Made by a program: the position numbers and the translations under genes. A DNA stretch of 63,109 nt, counting the filler, from Globobulimina sp. (lineage: Eukaryota), in the NCBI GenBank assembly GCA_003354225.1. It is 27 parts of 27 records of this genome, joined end to end, with 100 filler letters (N's around TTAATTAATTAA, not from the genome) between each part and the next. Parts side by side here need not be neighbours in the genome. Positions count along the whole stretch, not along the records: positions 23,420 to 25,660 come from PIVH01007946.1; positions 25,761 to 28,001 come from PIVH01007947.1; positions 28,102 to 30,342 come from PIVH01007948.1; positions 30,443 to 32,683 come from PIVH01007949.1; positions 32,784 to 35,024 come from PIVH01007950.1; positions 35,125 to 37,365 come from PIVH01007951.1; positions 37,466 to 39,706 come from PIVH01007952.1; 20 more parts are not named here. One strand, written 5' to 3'. The notes under the pieces are model-generated. The model was not told the origin of the DNA, did no database searches, and worked only from the letters and a program-made list of their open reading frames with translations. How positions within the stretch are numbered: the first letter of the stretch is position 1; every line of letters begins with the position of its first letter. Shown here piece after piece: positions 25,351 through 38,049 of this stretch.

Positions 25351-26089
25351 ACCATCACCCATATTTTTGCCCTTTGCAGATGCGACAAAAAAATACCACG
25401 ATATTTTTGTTTGCCAAATCTGCCATTTTTTTGATTAGACACGAGCTTTATGTGTGTATCTAACTAATTTTTCAGTTTCATCCAATTCCACTCATACATG
25501 TCAATAATATGCATCGATTTCTGTCGTCTTATTCAGATTCCGTTTCTTAAGAAATTTCCTTGTGTTTCTACGGAATCCGCCATAAAAAGGCCAACAGAAA
25601 CCAATGCATTTTTTGGTTAAAAGCTTGGGGGGCTTTTTTTTAATATCGATATTCCCGTTCNNNNNNNNNNNNNNNNNNNNNNNNNNNNNNNNNNNNNNNN
25701 NNNNTTAATTAATTAANNNNNNNNNNNNNNNNNNNNNNNNNNNNNNNNNNNNNNNNNNNNCTGCTAATGATTTTTTATCTTTTTTTTTGGTAATTTCTTG
25801 TTCGTGGGCTTTCGAAGACATTGTATTTGTGTCTGTGGCGATGTCGGCCTGGAGGTACCCTGCATCGATTATTAATGGTTCAGCATGTTCTGCCGACGCC
25901 ATTGTGGAGTTTTGAGATTTAAAGTGGCAGTTTTTTTTTTGTTAGAATTACGAGAAACACATTTAGTTTTTGATGAGTAGACAATTTGCATCAATTTATA
26001 AGATGACAAGACTGCTAATTCTAAGGTTCAATTATAATAACAACATGTACACTTTTTGTTCGTTTCTGCGTTAGAAACGTTTCAGCGGC

Positions 26090-26790
26090 TTATATGGTAG
26101 CTACATTTGGCGAAGACCATTCGAGTGATTTGTTCAAACTTTCCTCCATAATGTTGCTGTTTATGTTATTTTCATTGATGTTTTTAACCATTTTTGTTGC
26201 GTTATGACATGGACATTTTGGTAATATTAGAAAATGTATTGCTGAGCCAATGGTTAATATTGCAATCATGATTGTAATGTGGTAGATTAACAATGTTAAG
26301 TCTGTGGGGAATAATAATTTGCATTGCGATTCAGATGCATTGCATGCGACAGATATGGATGACACACAAAATGGAATGATATAAAATCGAATAATTTTAA
26401 AATGATCTTTCAAATATCCTTTTGGTCCAAATAGTGGTGAATGATAAGCTGCTGCATTGAGCGTGAAAAATACAAAAGATGCTAGTACCAATGCTAGATA
26501 AATTTGTTCATTTCAAATGTTTTAATTTGTATTTAAGATAAAGCACAGAGAGGAGATACTGTGTAAGATAAGATACCAGTTTCCCAACCATCACTTGGCA
26601 TATTTTTACCTCCAAACGCCAACATTATGAATAGATACCAAAATAAATAGGCATACAACATTAACGATGCGAATGTTGTTTGTCCATGAATCCAATTAAA
26701 TAAACATTTGTTGCATTTTTTTGTCTTCTTATGTTTCCCCAACATGTTATTGGCCGATGTCATTGAGAAACTAAGCTTGTCTCTGTGCAT
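26090..26790 (-). CDS. Hypothetical multi-pass membrane protein; intron about 26574-26495
   Basis: Two ORF pieces with TM segments joined by GT-AG; RFYIIPFCVSS motif. Confidence 0.55.
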
Positions 26791-28101
26791 TAACTTTTAA
26801 TACTAAATAAGATTAAAGATGACTAGCTTACTTCAAGATATCAAGTATTGTGGATCGAGGCGGGGGTTATCTATTAAAACTAGTCGTTAAGTTGAAAATG
26901 TTTGAGTGAAAAAGTAAATTCAACAAGAAAAACGAGAGGAGAGATCTTGCAAACTGCAAAAAAAAATACAGTTGCAAGCCACAAATACATTTCACATTAT
27001 TTATGCCATACATTCATTTCTTACTTTTTGAAATATACTTATTTGATTCCTAATGCATTTTGTATATGTCTCATTTGCTGATGATTGGCTGTTTCCAATT
27101 GAATCTGTTAAACATTCAGACGCCCTGTATATTAATAGTTAAAATTTAGATATACTCACATTCAAAATATACAAATAAATAAACTAGTCCGGCCACAAAA
27201 AAACTAGTCCAAATATACACATAAATATATTTACAAACGGTTCGTTTAGAAACTCAGCTACAATCGATTCTAAATATCGCTGTGAGTTAACATGAGTTCT
27301 TCTACAATCTTTTAAACAATTCCATATCTAATGATATTATTTAGCATTATTAAACACAATGAAGTGAAAATATAATTAACTGGTTTTGCTTTTGTATGTT
27401 TATCATAACATGCTCCCATACATTGATGCACCTGAAAAGATTTAACAATATAATTTATATCCTTGCACTCTACAAATGATTTAATTATATATTCCATATA
27501 CGTAGCATACCTGTTTATATGCATATGCAGCATATCTAAATTTTTTAAACATAAATTTATCCACAGCGGTATCCATTTCTATCTGCATTCCACCCTTTGT
27601 TTCTTTATCACATGAAAACGACATTATTGCGTTTTTTAGTTGTTAGTTGTTGACAGAATTAGCTGAACAGAATTTGAGAAACTTTTTGGCTTTGCTAACT
27701 GAAAAACGTCACATTTTTAATACTTCCAAAAATCCAGACACGTTTAGCTAAACGATAGATTTTTAAAATCCAGACACGTTAAAAACGAACATGTTAACAA
27801 TGATGGCACCAAATACAAAGTGAGGGCAGTGACCAGCTTTATTTATAAAATACGGGATGAAGTGTATTCTGTAAACCAACAAAACAAAATAAAAGATAAA
27901 CATTACACAAAAAATCTCAAAAACAAATAATAATATTGTACATAAGTAAGTAAGTCTGAAAAGTAGCATTTTAAAACCAGACAATACTATTTTTTCATGA
28001 GNNNNNNNNNNNNNNNNNNNNNNNNNNNNNNNNNNNNNNNNNNNNTTAATTAATTAANNNNNNNNNNNNNNNNNNNNNNNNNNNNNNNNNNNNNNNNNNN
28101 N

Positions 28102-28262
28102 TTGGCAAAAGGACAGCCGACGGTAATATCATTTTTTCCCGAATACCGGTGCATTAGGATTTTGAAGGCAGTCAACAACGTCATAAAAAGAGATGCCCCG
28201 GCTCTGCGTGCCAAATCCCGCATCTGAGTTGACAACTCGGCCGGAAGCTGGAACTCAGCCAT
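28102..28262 (-). CDS. Bacterial NRPS condensation-domain fragment (chimeric join)
   Basis: LARRAGASLFMTLLTAFKILMHRYSGKNDITVGCPFA is a typical NRPS C-domain segment; GC content is higher than the flank. Confidence 0.88.
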
Positions 28263-28289
28263 AACTCTTCCGGAAGCTGGAACTCAAGG

Positions 28290-28507
28290 CTGCCGGTAAT
28301 AAAGTTATTGCCATTGAAATTCCTCCAGTCAAGGTTTTGAGGAAGGTCGTCTACATTGAGTCTGTTCTCAGCGATTTGGGTTACGTCTCTGATAAATGAT
28401 GGTTTCTCGTCAGGAGGAATTGGTACATGCCCAAAAAATGGATGGTTGGACGTGACAGCTTGATACAAACTCGCAAATGTCAGAAACAAAAGTTGAGCTG
28501 CCATCAT
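28290..28507 (-). CDS. Papain-family (C1A) cathepsin Z/X-like N-terminus, truncated by the chimera
   Basis: Signal peptide, short propeptide, DDLPQNLDWRNFNGNNFIT. Confidence 0.75.
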
Positions 28508-28641
28508 TAACTTGATGTAAATTTCTGTATTAAAAAGTTTTTTTTGAGTTGGGTTATGTTTCAATGCTAGATTGAGTGAGAGAGAGATTGTCAATTTTAT
28601 TTTGGAGGATATCAAACATACATAACTTATAATTACACACG

Positions 28642-29605
28642 ATGCAAAATTTTAATTCTGCAACAAACGAATACTTTTTTAAAGTGGTTTTAATTGGGGC
28701 ACCAAGGTCATAGAAATATATTATTTGTGATGATAGAATAATAAACAAACACATATAACAATTTATAGTGTTGGGAAAACATCGATATTGGAACGTTTTG
28801 TGACTGATATATTTACAGAAGATTATAAAGCAACGATAGGCGCCGATTTCAGGACAAAGGATATTATTATAAATGGACAAACTGTGCTTTTGCAAATATG
28901 GGACACAGGTAATAATAAATCTAGTTTTGCCTAATATGGATCCATAAATGAAAATAAATATACATAGCTGGCCAGGAGAGATTCCGTGCATTGGCAGCCC
29001 CATTTTACCGCGGGGCCAATATTTGTGTTTTAGTGTTTGATGTGAATGACAAAATGACCTTTGATGCAGTTGAACAATGGAGGGACGAATTTTTACATCA
29101 CGCAGATGTCGAAGAACAACGTATGTCTTTTGTGCTTTGTGTGTATTAATTGGCAAATATGTGCTTTGTGTCTTGTATATGTGCTTTTATTCAGAATCAT
29201 TTCCCTTTTTATTATTGGGCAATAAATGTGATTTGGGAGGAAAAGTAAGCAAAGCCGATGTAAATAGGTGGCTACAACAGCGAGGATATAAAAATATGGT
29301 TTATTTAGAAACATCGGCATTAAATAACCAAAATATAACGGAATCATTCGACCAAGTCGCCAGATTATGTTTAGCCAATTGCGCCCACGATTTAGTGTAT
29401 GTTTACGTGTTATATTATACTGCGAATACCCGTCTATATATACGTGTATTACATAATTATTATTATTCATAGATATGTTCCTAATGAATCGCAAGCAGTG
29501 TTGGAAGAAGCAGAGGATAATGAATCTATTACATTGGAGGATGTGATGAGTAATACGGACGAAATGAATACCTCAGGAATGTGTGGTAATTGTCAAATCA
29601 TATAA
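28642..29605 (+). CDS. Rab7-like small GTPase with 4 introns
   Basis: GAPSVGKTS, YKATIGADF, QIWDTAGQERF, FYRGA, GNKCD, ETSA; C-terminus CGNCQII. Confidence 0.9.
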
Positions 29606-30442
29606 TTCTTATATTACATGCCATGCCATGCCATATTTTATTGGATTGTATATTAATGAATCAATGTAATGTGTAACTTCTTTCGTTCAATGACTATGTT
29701 CTTATATTATATTGCTATTACGATTGCCGTTTTTTGTTCGTTTTTTTTTGTTGTTTGTTCAACTGTGTCGCGTTTAAGTATCCTTGCACTCTTATAAACA
29801 GTCAAAGTGTCTCACGCCATGTCACATCTATCAGCCGTTGCTCAACTTGGTAGAAATTATGTGTATTGTGTAAGACGACCCGATAATAGATTTATATACG
29901 ATATTTATGGATTTAATGTGGCGAGTCCAAGCACAAAATATAAAATCAACTTTAAAAATACTCTCCATTTGCAATTATGTTAAGTTTAAATGCCTATATT
30001 ATAGATACAATTATTAATATTAATTATTGCTCACTCATTGATGTAAGATGAAGATAACAAAAAGATACGTAATATCACATTATTACGTTTGCAGTACAAC
30101 TGTGTTATCTTCGGAATTGATATTAAACTGTCAAAAAAGACATTCATTTGTATTTTCCGATTTAAATGTTCGCTCATTATCGCAAAACATTTATTCAAAG
30201 CAGAATTCAAATCGAATCAAGTACTCAGTTAATAAACACAATTATATCTATATGGAAAATATGTACATGTTCTAACAATAAACATTTAGGTTGCAATCTT
30301 GCTTTTTAATAACTCACGACTTTGTTGTAAGCTGTCTGATCANNNNNNNNNNNNNNNNNNNNNNNNNNNNNNNNNNNNNNNNNNNNTTAATTAATTAANN
30401 NNNNNNNNNNNNNNNNNNNNNNNNNNNNNNNNNNNNNNNNNN

Positions 30443-31327
30443 TTACTGTGTCTGGTCAACTTGCTGTGATCACTGGTGCAGGCGATGGAATTGGTAAAGC
30501 AATGGCAACTAAATTAGGTTTCAAAAGGTTGTAATTTAGCATTGGTAGACATCAGGAAAGAGAACGTTGATGATGTAGCCACCAATATACAAATATAAAA
30601 GTATATACGTACCAATGTTCGGAAAAACAAATCTTCATTCAATACAAAAACAATTCAATTATTATTTAACAATGTGATGGTACTCTGCTAAGACGTGAAT
30701 TTGATATAAATTTATGGAGTGTGGTATGTGGAACGCGTTTATTTTTGCCAATGTTATTAGCAAATTAAATGATGTGAAACTGCAATGTTATATAATTAAT
30801 ACAGGCTCCATAGCTTCCATTGGAAGTGGCTACAATTGGTATTCTGTGAGGTTTGTTGCACATTTGGTTGGATTTGACATTTTGTGATGTGTTTTTACAA
30901 TGACTACAGTAAACACGCTGTGATTGCGTTCTCTGAGACAGTGAGAGAGGAATTAAAAAGATTTCATCCCACACATAGCATATTGGTAAGTACATTAGTT
31001 CCCGCATTCGTTAATAAGCAAATTGGGACATAGCAAAGAATTGGATAAAATTGTTAAAGCATGGGAGAAAACAGAGAAGGACTAATGACAGAATTGACTG
31101 CTATTAAAGTTGTTTATGAAGCGTTAAGAAATAAAAAAGAAGTGATTCCAACGCATTTAGAGTGGCATGAAGCTGTTATTAAAGATAGAATGAGTGCGTT
31201 GTTGAATTGTGAAAAGGATAAAAAAAGTAATATGAGGAAAGCTGTACGAAAGGGAATAGCAAAGGCTAAACAATCAAAATTATATAACAATTTTATTCCT
31301 TGCACTTCAGTTGAAATTTATTTCTGA
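30443..31327 (+). pseudogene. Short-chain dehydrogenase/reductase pseudogene
   Basis: AVITGAGDGIGKA, GCNLALVD, INLWSVVCGTRLFLPML and KHAVIAFSETVREEL are spread over several frames with stops. Confidence 0.75.
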
Positions 31328-31471
31328 AACGTTTCTGACATTTAATTAATTATCAGAAACGCGTTGCTGCCTGGATTTAATTATCGATCTCAAAATAGTA
31401 TTTTATATAACAAAAGAAAAATGAACAATGTTGCACTTCTATATATTTATTCATTATGTATTATGTACTGT

Positions 31472-32683
31472 TTATTGTGGTGTTATCATATCTTTAACAA
31501 CATCATTATCACTGTCATAATCCTCCACGTTATCACTATCACTGTCATTATCATTATCTGGTTCTTTATAAACATCAAAACTATCAAATTTAATCTGATG
31601 TCCATTATGTTGTTTCTCTGTCTCACTTTCTTCAATACAATAACGTGTCACACCACTTTCCTCATTATCCATATCCATATCCATCAATTGTACGTAAGGT
31701 GTCCCATTATAATCTTGTACAGCTGTATCCTTTTTACATTCACGTCGAAATATCATCAAAAAACACACTAAAATCACTGCACATAATGATGCAATTGTAA
31801 TCGATACAAAAACAACTATTTCTTGGTGAGCCAACACTTTCGCCGATGCAGGGAATTTAGTTGGAGATATTGTTGGGTTAAATGTTGGTGGTTTTGACGG
31901 TGATGATGGACTATATGTTGGTGACTCCGATGGAGATACGGTTGGGGAATATGTTGGTGCTGTTGATGGAGAATACGTAGGTGATTTAGTTGGAAACACG
32001 GTTGGATTATTTGTTGGTGCTGCCAACGGAGAATAAGTAGGTGATTCCGATGGAGATATTGTTGGGTAATATGTTGGTGCTTTTGATGGAGAAAAAGTAG
32101 GTGATTCGGATGGAGATATTGTTGGATTATTTGTTGGTGCTGCCGACGGAGAAAAGGTAGGGGATTCCGATGGAGATATTGTTGGGTCATATGTTGGTGC
32201 TTTTGATGGCTTGTAAGTAGGTGATTTGGTTGGAGCTATTATTGGACTGTTTGTTGGTGATGCTGATGGAGAATAAGTAGGTGATTTCGAGGGGTTATCT
32301 GTAGGTGATTCAGAAGGGGAATTTGTTGGAGCTGGAGATGGTGATGTTGATGGATTATAAGTCGGGGATTTGGAGGGAGATTTTGTTGGGTTATGAGTTG
32401 GGGGTGGAGTTGGTGGAGGTGTTGGATGTGGGGTTGGAGAGCTATATAAATTTATATGCAGAATGTCCGAACACGTAATATATTGTACATAGCATACGAT
32501 GTTGGAGAGGCAGTGGTTGGTGAGGTAGTTGGCGTTTTGCTTGGATATCGTGTTGGTCCTAAAGTGGGATTACTGAAAATATTTCAAATATGTACGTGTG
32601 TTGTGTTACTTGTGTTAAGTGTAAGATATACATTATTCACACCGTGTTGGATTGGAACTGTATCGTGCTGGACATTCTGAACC
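31472..32683 (-). CDS. PT-repeat (PTxxP, mucin-like stalk) single-pass surface protein, 5' partial
   Basis: Tandem SPT/PT repeats with about 60-bp periodicity, [26 protein letters not shown], acidic tail. Confidence 0.75.
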
Positions 32684-33812
32684 NNNNNNNNNNNNNNNNN
32701 NNNNNNNNNNNNNNNNNNNNNNNNNNNTTAATTAATTAANNNNNNNNNNNNNNNNNNNNNNNNNNNNNNNNNNNNNNNNNNNNGCATCAATCTGTTCTTT
32801 CAGGGCGTTAATGCCTTTGGTGATATTTAGAGTATCATTCATGATTGTATCCCCTTACGTCCCATCATTGCACCGCTATACCAGCGAGCAATAAATAATG
32901 TAAAAGCATGCATCAATTTAGTAAATGGAAAAACAACCATCAAAAGCTCAACACTAAAAATATGCAGTCCCAAGGCCATAGGATAGGGATCTATCATTCT
33001 ATGAAAAGCAATATACGCTCGATGGGGTGGCCGCTGGTACGGTGACTGGTGCTGGCGATGAGAAAGGGAACGAAGCGGTGTTAAATATGTTGGCTGATGG
33101 ACATGAGACTGGTGCCAATCCACAGATTGATACGGACCAAACAGACGATGTTGTACAAAAATTTGAGGTAGATTTATTTAATTTATTTTGTGTTTGCAGA
33201 TTGCAAAGCTATTTCGAACTGATTTTGAGTTTTGAGCATAAAAAAGTTTGAAATTGTTACGCTATGAATACATAAAATAATTTGTGGGAAATGTGATATA
33301 TAGACCGCAGAATATACGGTGTAAATAAAGAGAATTGGATGGAGCAGATATGATAAGATTGCTTTTTTTGTTGTTGCATGCAATATTAGTGTTTGTTTTG
33401 TTTGGTTGTTTTAAAAAAACATTATTCTCAATATCATATTATTTGCTTTTGTGTTTGTATGTTTGTGTTTTGTTTTTTTGATTTGTGCTCTTGTTTCTAT
33501 TTTCAATGTAAATGTATGAGCGGAGTTGAACTATCACATGAGACACAACAGATAATTAATTATAAAAGCGTTCTTTGGGTTTTTCCACTCTTAACATCAG
33601 ACGAAAATATACATTTTCAGTATTGTCATTTTTGACAAATCTCTATAGAAACTTTCGAATTAAAGTTTCGATTCGAATTAAAGTCATTCATCAACAAAAT
33701 CATTTTTAAACATTTATGTGAACACATTTGGATCGTCAGGTCAATTCCGAATAAATAGCTCCGATCCTTAATTAAAAAGTAACCAATCAATTATTTCATG
33801 AATCTCAAATCC

Positions 33813-34260
33813 TTAATAATGATTTGCTTTCATTAAAACAGTTTTCGCATCATTTATCTTTGCAGCCATAAAGGCACTGCCACCTTGATCCGGATGATTT
33901 GCTTTCATCAATGACTTAAATCGAGTGCTGATAAATTCCTTTGGTGAGGTTTCCCTGCATCCCAATATCAATGCAGCCTCCTGAGCATCCATTGGTTCTT
34001 TGAAATCGCCACCGTATGGCACAAATCCAGTAAATGTCCTCGCTGACAGTCTTGTACATACTGACTCTGAATGTTGAAACTGATAATTGTATACATTTAA
34101 AAACAGTTAGAATTTTCCAGATATTTATGACAGGATAGATATAAATAATAAATAACTAACAGATGTAATCGGAGAAACATTAGTTTTGATGGCTCTGGAT
34201 GTTCCAGAAAATAATCTTTGTAATCCTCGCGTCGTTATTACGCCACAAGAAAATAGCTTT
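33813..34260 (-). CDS. PAM18: Mitochondrial import motor J-protein (TIM14/DNAJC19); 5' boundary uncertain
   Basis: YGGDFKEPMDAQEAALILG...LMKANHPDQGGSAFMAAKINDAK. Confidence 0.85.
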
Positions 34261-34329
34261 AGATTAATAGTTTCAGTGTTGGAAGATTTTGATGATTACA
34301 GTTAAAACAGCTTGGACAAGTTAAAACAT

Positions 34330-35024
34330 ATGCCTGCCTTCCAGTGGACTTCCATAATATGTTTAATCCAATTGGCAACCTCTCAATCCGTAGATCAGTT
34401 TACTATATCTACAACCGCAGCACATCCAGGTGACGATGCCACTAACTTAGAAGTGACTTTGTATTGGGGAAATAATTCATACACATGTTCGTTTCCAACA
34501 CAAGCTGAATATAACTGCAATGACCAAGCACCGTATGCATGGTCCCCAGTAGAAATATCTCAAGATAACGCATTGCCGTATTATCTCCAATTCAAATGGA
34601 TGACCGGTGATGATGTAGCAACTTCTTTTATTGAAATTGATGCCATTAATGTTACACTTGACAACGGTTTTTGGTACGCTATCGATCATTTTTGTATTCG
34701 TTAAGTTGTCTTGTTCACAAATACGGGATGCATCCAATTGCAATTTAATTGTATTTTTATTGTAAATACTAAATAGATTCAATGATGTCGTGTACATCGG
34801 GCCTTAGCAGCACAAAAATGTGGTCAATGGAGTTCAAAGGATGAATATAACACCTTCAAAATGGGCAGCACCACAAATTTTCAATTATTATATGTAGATT
34901 TTCGATCGAACATAACTGGAATTCCCAATTTTGCAAATATAATACACGAAGGATCCGTTAGACCGCCAAATTTGGTGCAATTAGGTCTTACCACTCAACA
35001 AACATACTCTGCGGACGCAGTGAG
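34330..35024 (+). CDS. Secreted hypothetical protein, 3' partial, with one probable intron
   Basis: Signal peptide MPAFQWTSIICLIQLATSQ; frame resumes after about 34776. Confidence 0.45.
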
Positions 35025-35124
35025 NNNNNNNNNNNNNNNNNNNNNNNNNNNNNNNNNNNNNNNNNNNNTTAATTAATTAANNNNNNNNNNNNNNNNNNNN
35101 NNNNNNNNNNNNNNNNNNNNNNNN

Positions 35125-37365
35125 ATCCGATCATTTTTATTATATATACCAAGCAATTATTTATTTGAATTATCATTAGGTCTTAATACAGGCCATGACA
35201 ATGAGGATGATGATGGGATGAAAAAAAAGAAAAAAAAATCAAAGAAAAACAGACATAAACATAACGACGAAAATGATGGATTATATCCAATTTGTAAGGT
35301 ATTGAAATGTATATGGTTGGGAGCGTTAAATATATCTCATTTAAGTAAAAGATTTAAAGCTGTGACAATTATATATTTTAAATTAATATTACAAATGTTA
35401 TTACGTGATAATAATGCAAAATGTGATGATAATGAATATATACATGATAAGGATAAGGATATGATTAATATAAATAAGTTATGTAAAGATATGATCATTA
35501 AAGAAAATGTGATTAATTTAATATGTAAAAGTTTGAAAGAGTTGGATTGTCCATCATTATTTTTTGAGTTATTGGGTGAACATTTCCTGCCAAAAATTGT
35601 GGAATATGATGACGAATTATTAAGGGATTATGCACATGATATGCCACACGATGAAATGGATAAAATTGTTGCAAAAATGGAAGTAATTCGACAGAGTGAG
35701 TATTATAATAATATTATTGTCGAGACAGTAAATTGTATATTTTCTTCAATACAAAGTGAATTTATTGAACCATTTGGCGATTTAATGACATTGGTGATGG
35801 ACGAAAATGTAACAGATGATGATGAACAACAAGAGATTGCTGATAAGACTGACGATTTTGTATCTGATTATAATACCGGATTAAATAAGTTATCATCATT
35901 TGTTCTTCATTTAAAACCATTTATTTGCATTGAAAATATATTATATCAAGCTAATGATGCGAAGGCGGATGAGGATGATGACAGTGATGATAATATTACA
36001 TATTGGAATAGGCGGACTTCTGTGAAATTGTGTTTATATGAATTAATGAATGAGATATGGAATTTTCAATCAAATATTGAATTAATTGTTGATATGACAG
36101 ACCCACAAATAATAATAGCACAAGATGAGAATAATAATGATAATGATAATAATAATAATAATATGATTGATAGTGATTCAGAAATTGAAGATGATGACGT
36201 TGAATATGATGATGATATAAAAATTGATTTTAATAAATTATTTGTTTCAAATCCGAATGCAATGAGTTATTCCGTATGTAATACATCCTTAAAAATAGTT
36301 AAAAATATGATTGAGATTTTAAGTATTGATTTTGGGCAAATGTCCTCAAATAAATTTAAGTTAGATTTATTTTTAAATAACGAAATTACTCAAACTATAC
36401 AATATATATTATCTACATTGCAAAGTAAAATACCAATGCAATATTCATCTGGAATCATGCAAATATTGCTTCAAATTATAAATTTAATATTAAATCAAGA
36501 TAAAAATCCAATGCAATATAAATATGACACAACAAAACATTGGAAATCATTTTTACAATCTGTTGCCATGGCCAATTATGACTGGTCACTCAAAAATATG
36601 TCATTGTTTATCGACAATATCTTCTTTGAAAATATTGAATCAAATAATAAAGAATATGGATTAGAATCATTTTTAATTGATTGGTTATCTCAATATTTAA
36701 ATAGTAACTTACCAAATGTATCCAATACTATTCCCGCTGAAGCATATACATCGTTAATTATATCATTACAAAAACTATTAAGTCAAGCTAACAATACCTA
36801 TTTATTACCGATTTTAAAATTAATTTGTAATTATTTAGATAAAGCCATAGAAATTGGCAACAATCCCGAAAATAAAGTATCATATCCAGGCATTACAAAA
36901 AATAAAACGCATTGCATTATCAGGAGTTTAAGCCGATTTTTAGAACAAAACTGGAGGAATAATACTGATGAAAATAAAATGGATGAAAATAAAGAATTAG
37001 AATATAATAAATTATCCGAATATCAGTTATTAATTGTCTCAAAATTATTTACTTTGTGCTTTGCTCGCAACGATAGAGACGATCCACAAAATATTGCTAC
37101 AATTTGCGAGTATATGTTTAAAAAAATTATAAGATATCATACTACTGATTTAGATGGTGAATTGTTAGAAGTTATCGCAAAATCTCTACGTTTACCTTTT
37201 TATTTTACAACAAATCCAATGAATACAAATAAGGATATACCAAAATATTATTATCCATCATTTATTAAACAAGAAATACCGATTATTATCAATAGATATA
37301 ATCCATCCCGATGGAGATGGTGTGTTCAATGTTTATTATTGTTACAATCAACAACATTTCAACAT
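35125..37365 (+). CDS. Large alpha-helical hypothetical protein, internal fragment
   Basis: Open frame of more than 700 aa with acidic D/N tracts; no recognised motif. Confidence 0.6.
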
Positions 37366-37465
37366 NNNNNNNNNNNNNNNNNNNNNNNNNNNNNNNNNNN
37401 NNNNNNNNNTTAATTAATTAANNNNNNNNNNNNNNNNNNNNNNNNNNNNNNNNNNNNNNNNNNNN

Positions 37466-37933
37466 GAAAAAAACTGTGCACTGTCAAATGCAGAAATATT
37501 AAGTTTTGCATTCAGGAATTCAATGTATTCTGGAAAATGGAAAGTTGCACAGCCAACGATTGAAGTAATGGTATTGGATGCAAATAAGCAAAATAAATAT
37601 AAGAAAGTCAATGATATGGTGGTGGATGCAATACAAATGGACCAACAGGATTATATATTAAAGACAACAGCAACTCGAAGTGTATTAACATTGACAAATT
37701 CAACAAACTGGACCTTTGATTTTAGTCAAGTATTGTTATTTGAAAATATTGAGATAAATAATATTGAATATAATATTAAGATGGCTGAAAGCAGTGCTAA
37801 TAAATTTGTACAACATTATGCATCGGTTGATGGTGGTAATAATAAAGTGGTCACAATTGTAACAGATAAAATTTGTGACGCAACTGTGTATATTAAGGTT
37901 GATCAAAGTTTATCTGGTCATTCAATGTGGTGA
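37466..37933 (+). CDS. C-terminal fragment, possibly of a pectate-lyase-3-type beta-helix protein
   Basis: WTFDFSQVLLFENI...ATVYIKVDQS resembles the C-terminal module of that protist family. Confidence 0.35.
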   Translation, partial: EKNCALSNAEILSFAFRNSMYSGKWKVAQPTIEVMVLDANKQNKYKKVNDMVVDAIQMDQQDYILKTTATRSVLTLTNSTNWTFDFSQVLLFENIEINNIEYNIKMAESSANKFVQHYASVDGGNNKVVTIVTDKICDATVYIKVDQSLSGHSMW

Positions 37934-38049
37934 ATCGTAAATGTCATATATAAAATTTGTCAATATCGACGTAGTGTTAGATCGAACCACAATGCTTTGC
38001 GTGATACGCGTTATTCGCCGCGTTTTGTGACTCTTTCAGGTCAGTAATC

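Noticed and set aside
26960-27130. Mariner-like end (GACGCCCTGTA)
   Set aside because: No matching opposite TIR found
1-28300. Horizontal gene transfer of hisC, osmC and NRPS into the protist
   Set aside because: All are short mid-gene fragments at or near contig ends, two with microhomology or duplication at the joins; chimera is more parsimonious
31860-32440. Approximately 60-bp periodic repeats as a CRISPR-like array
   Set aside because: They encode PT/SPT peptide repeats and have no unique spacers
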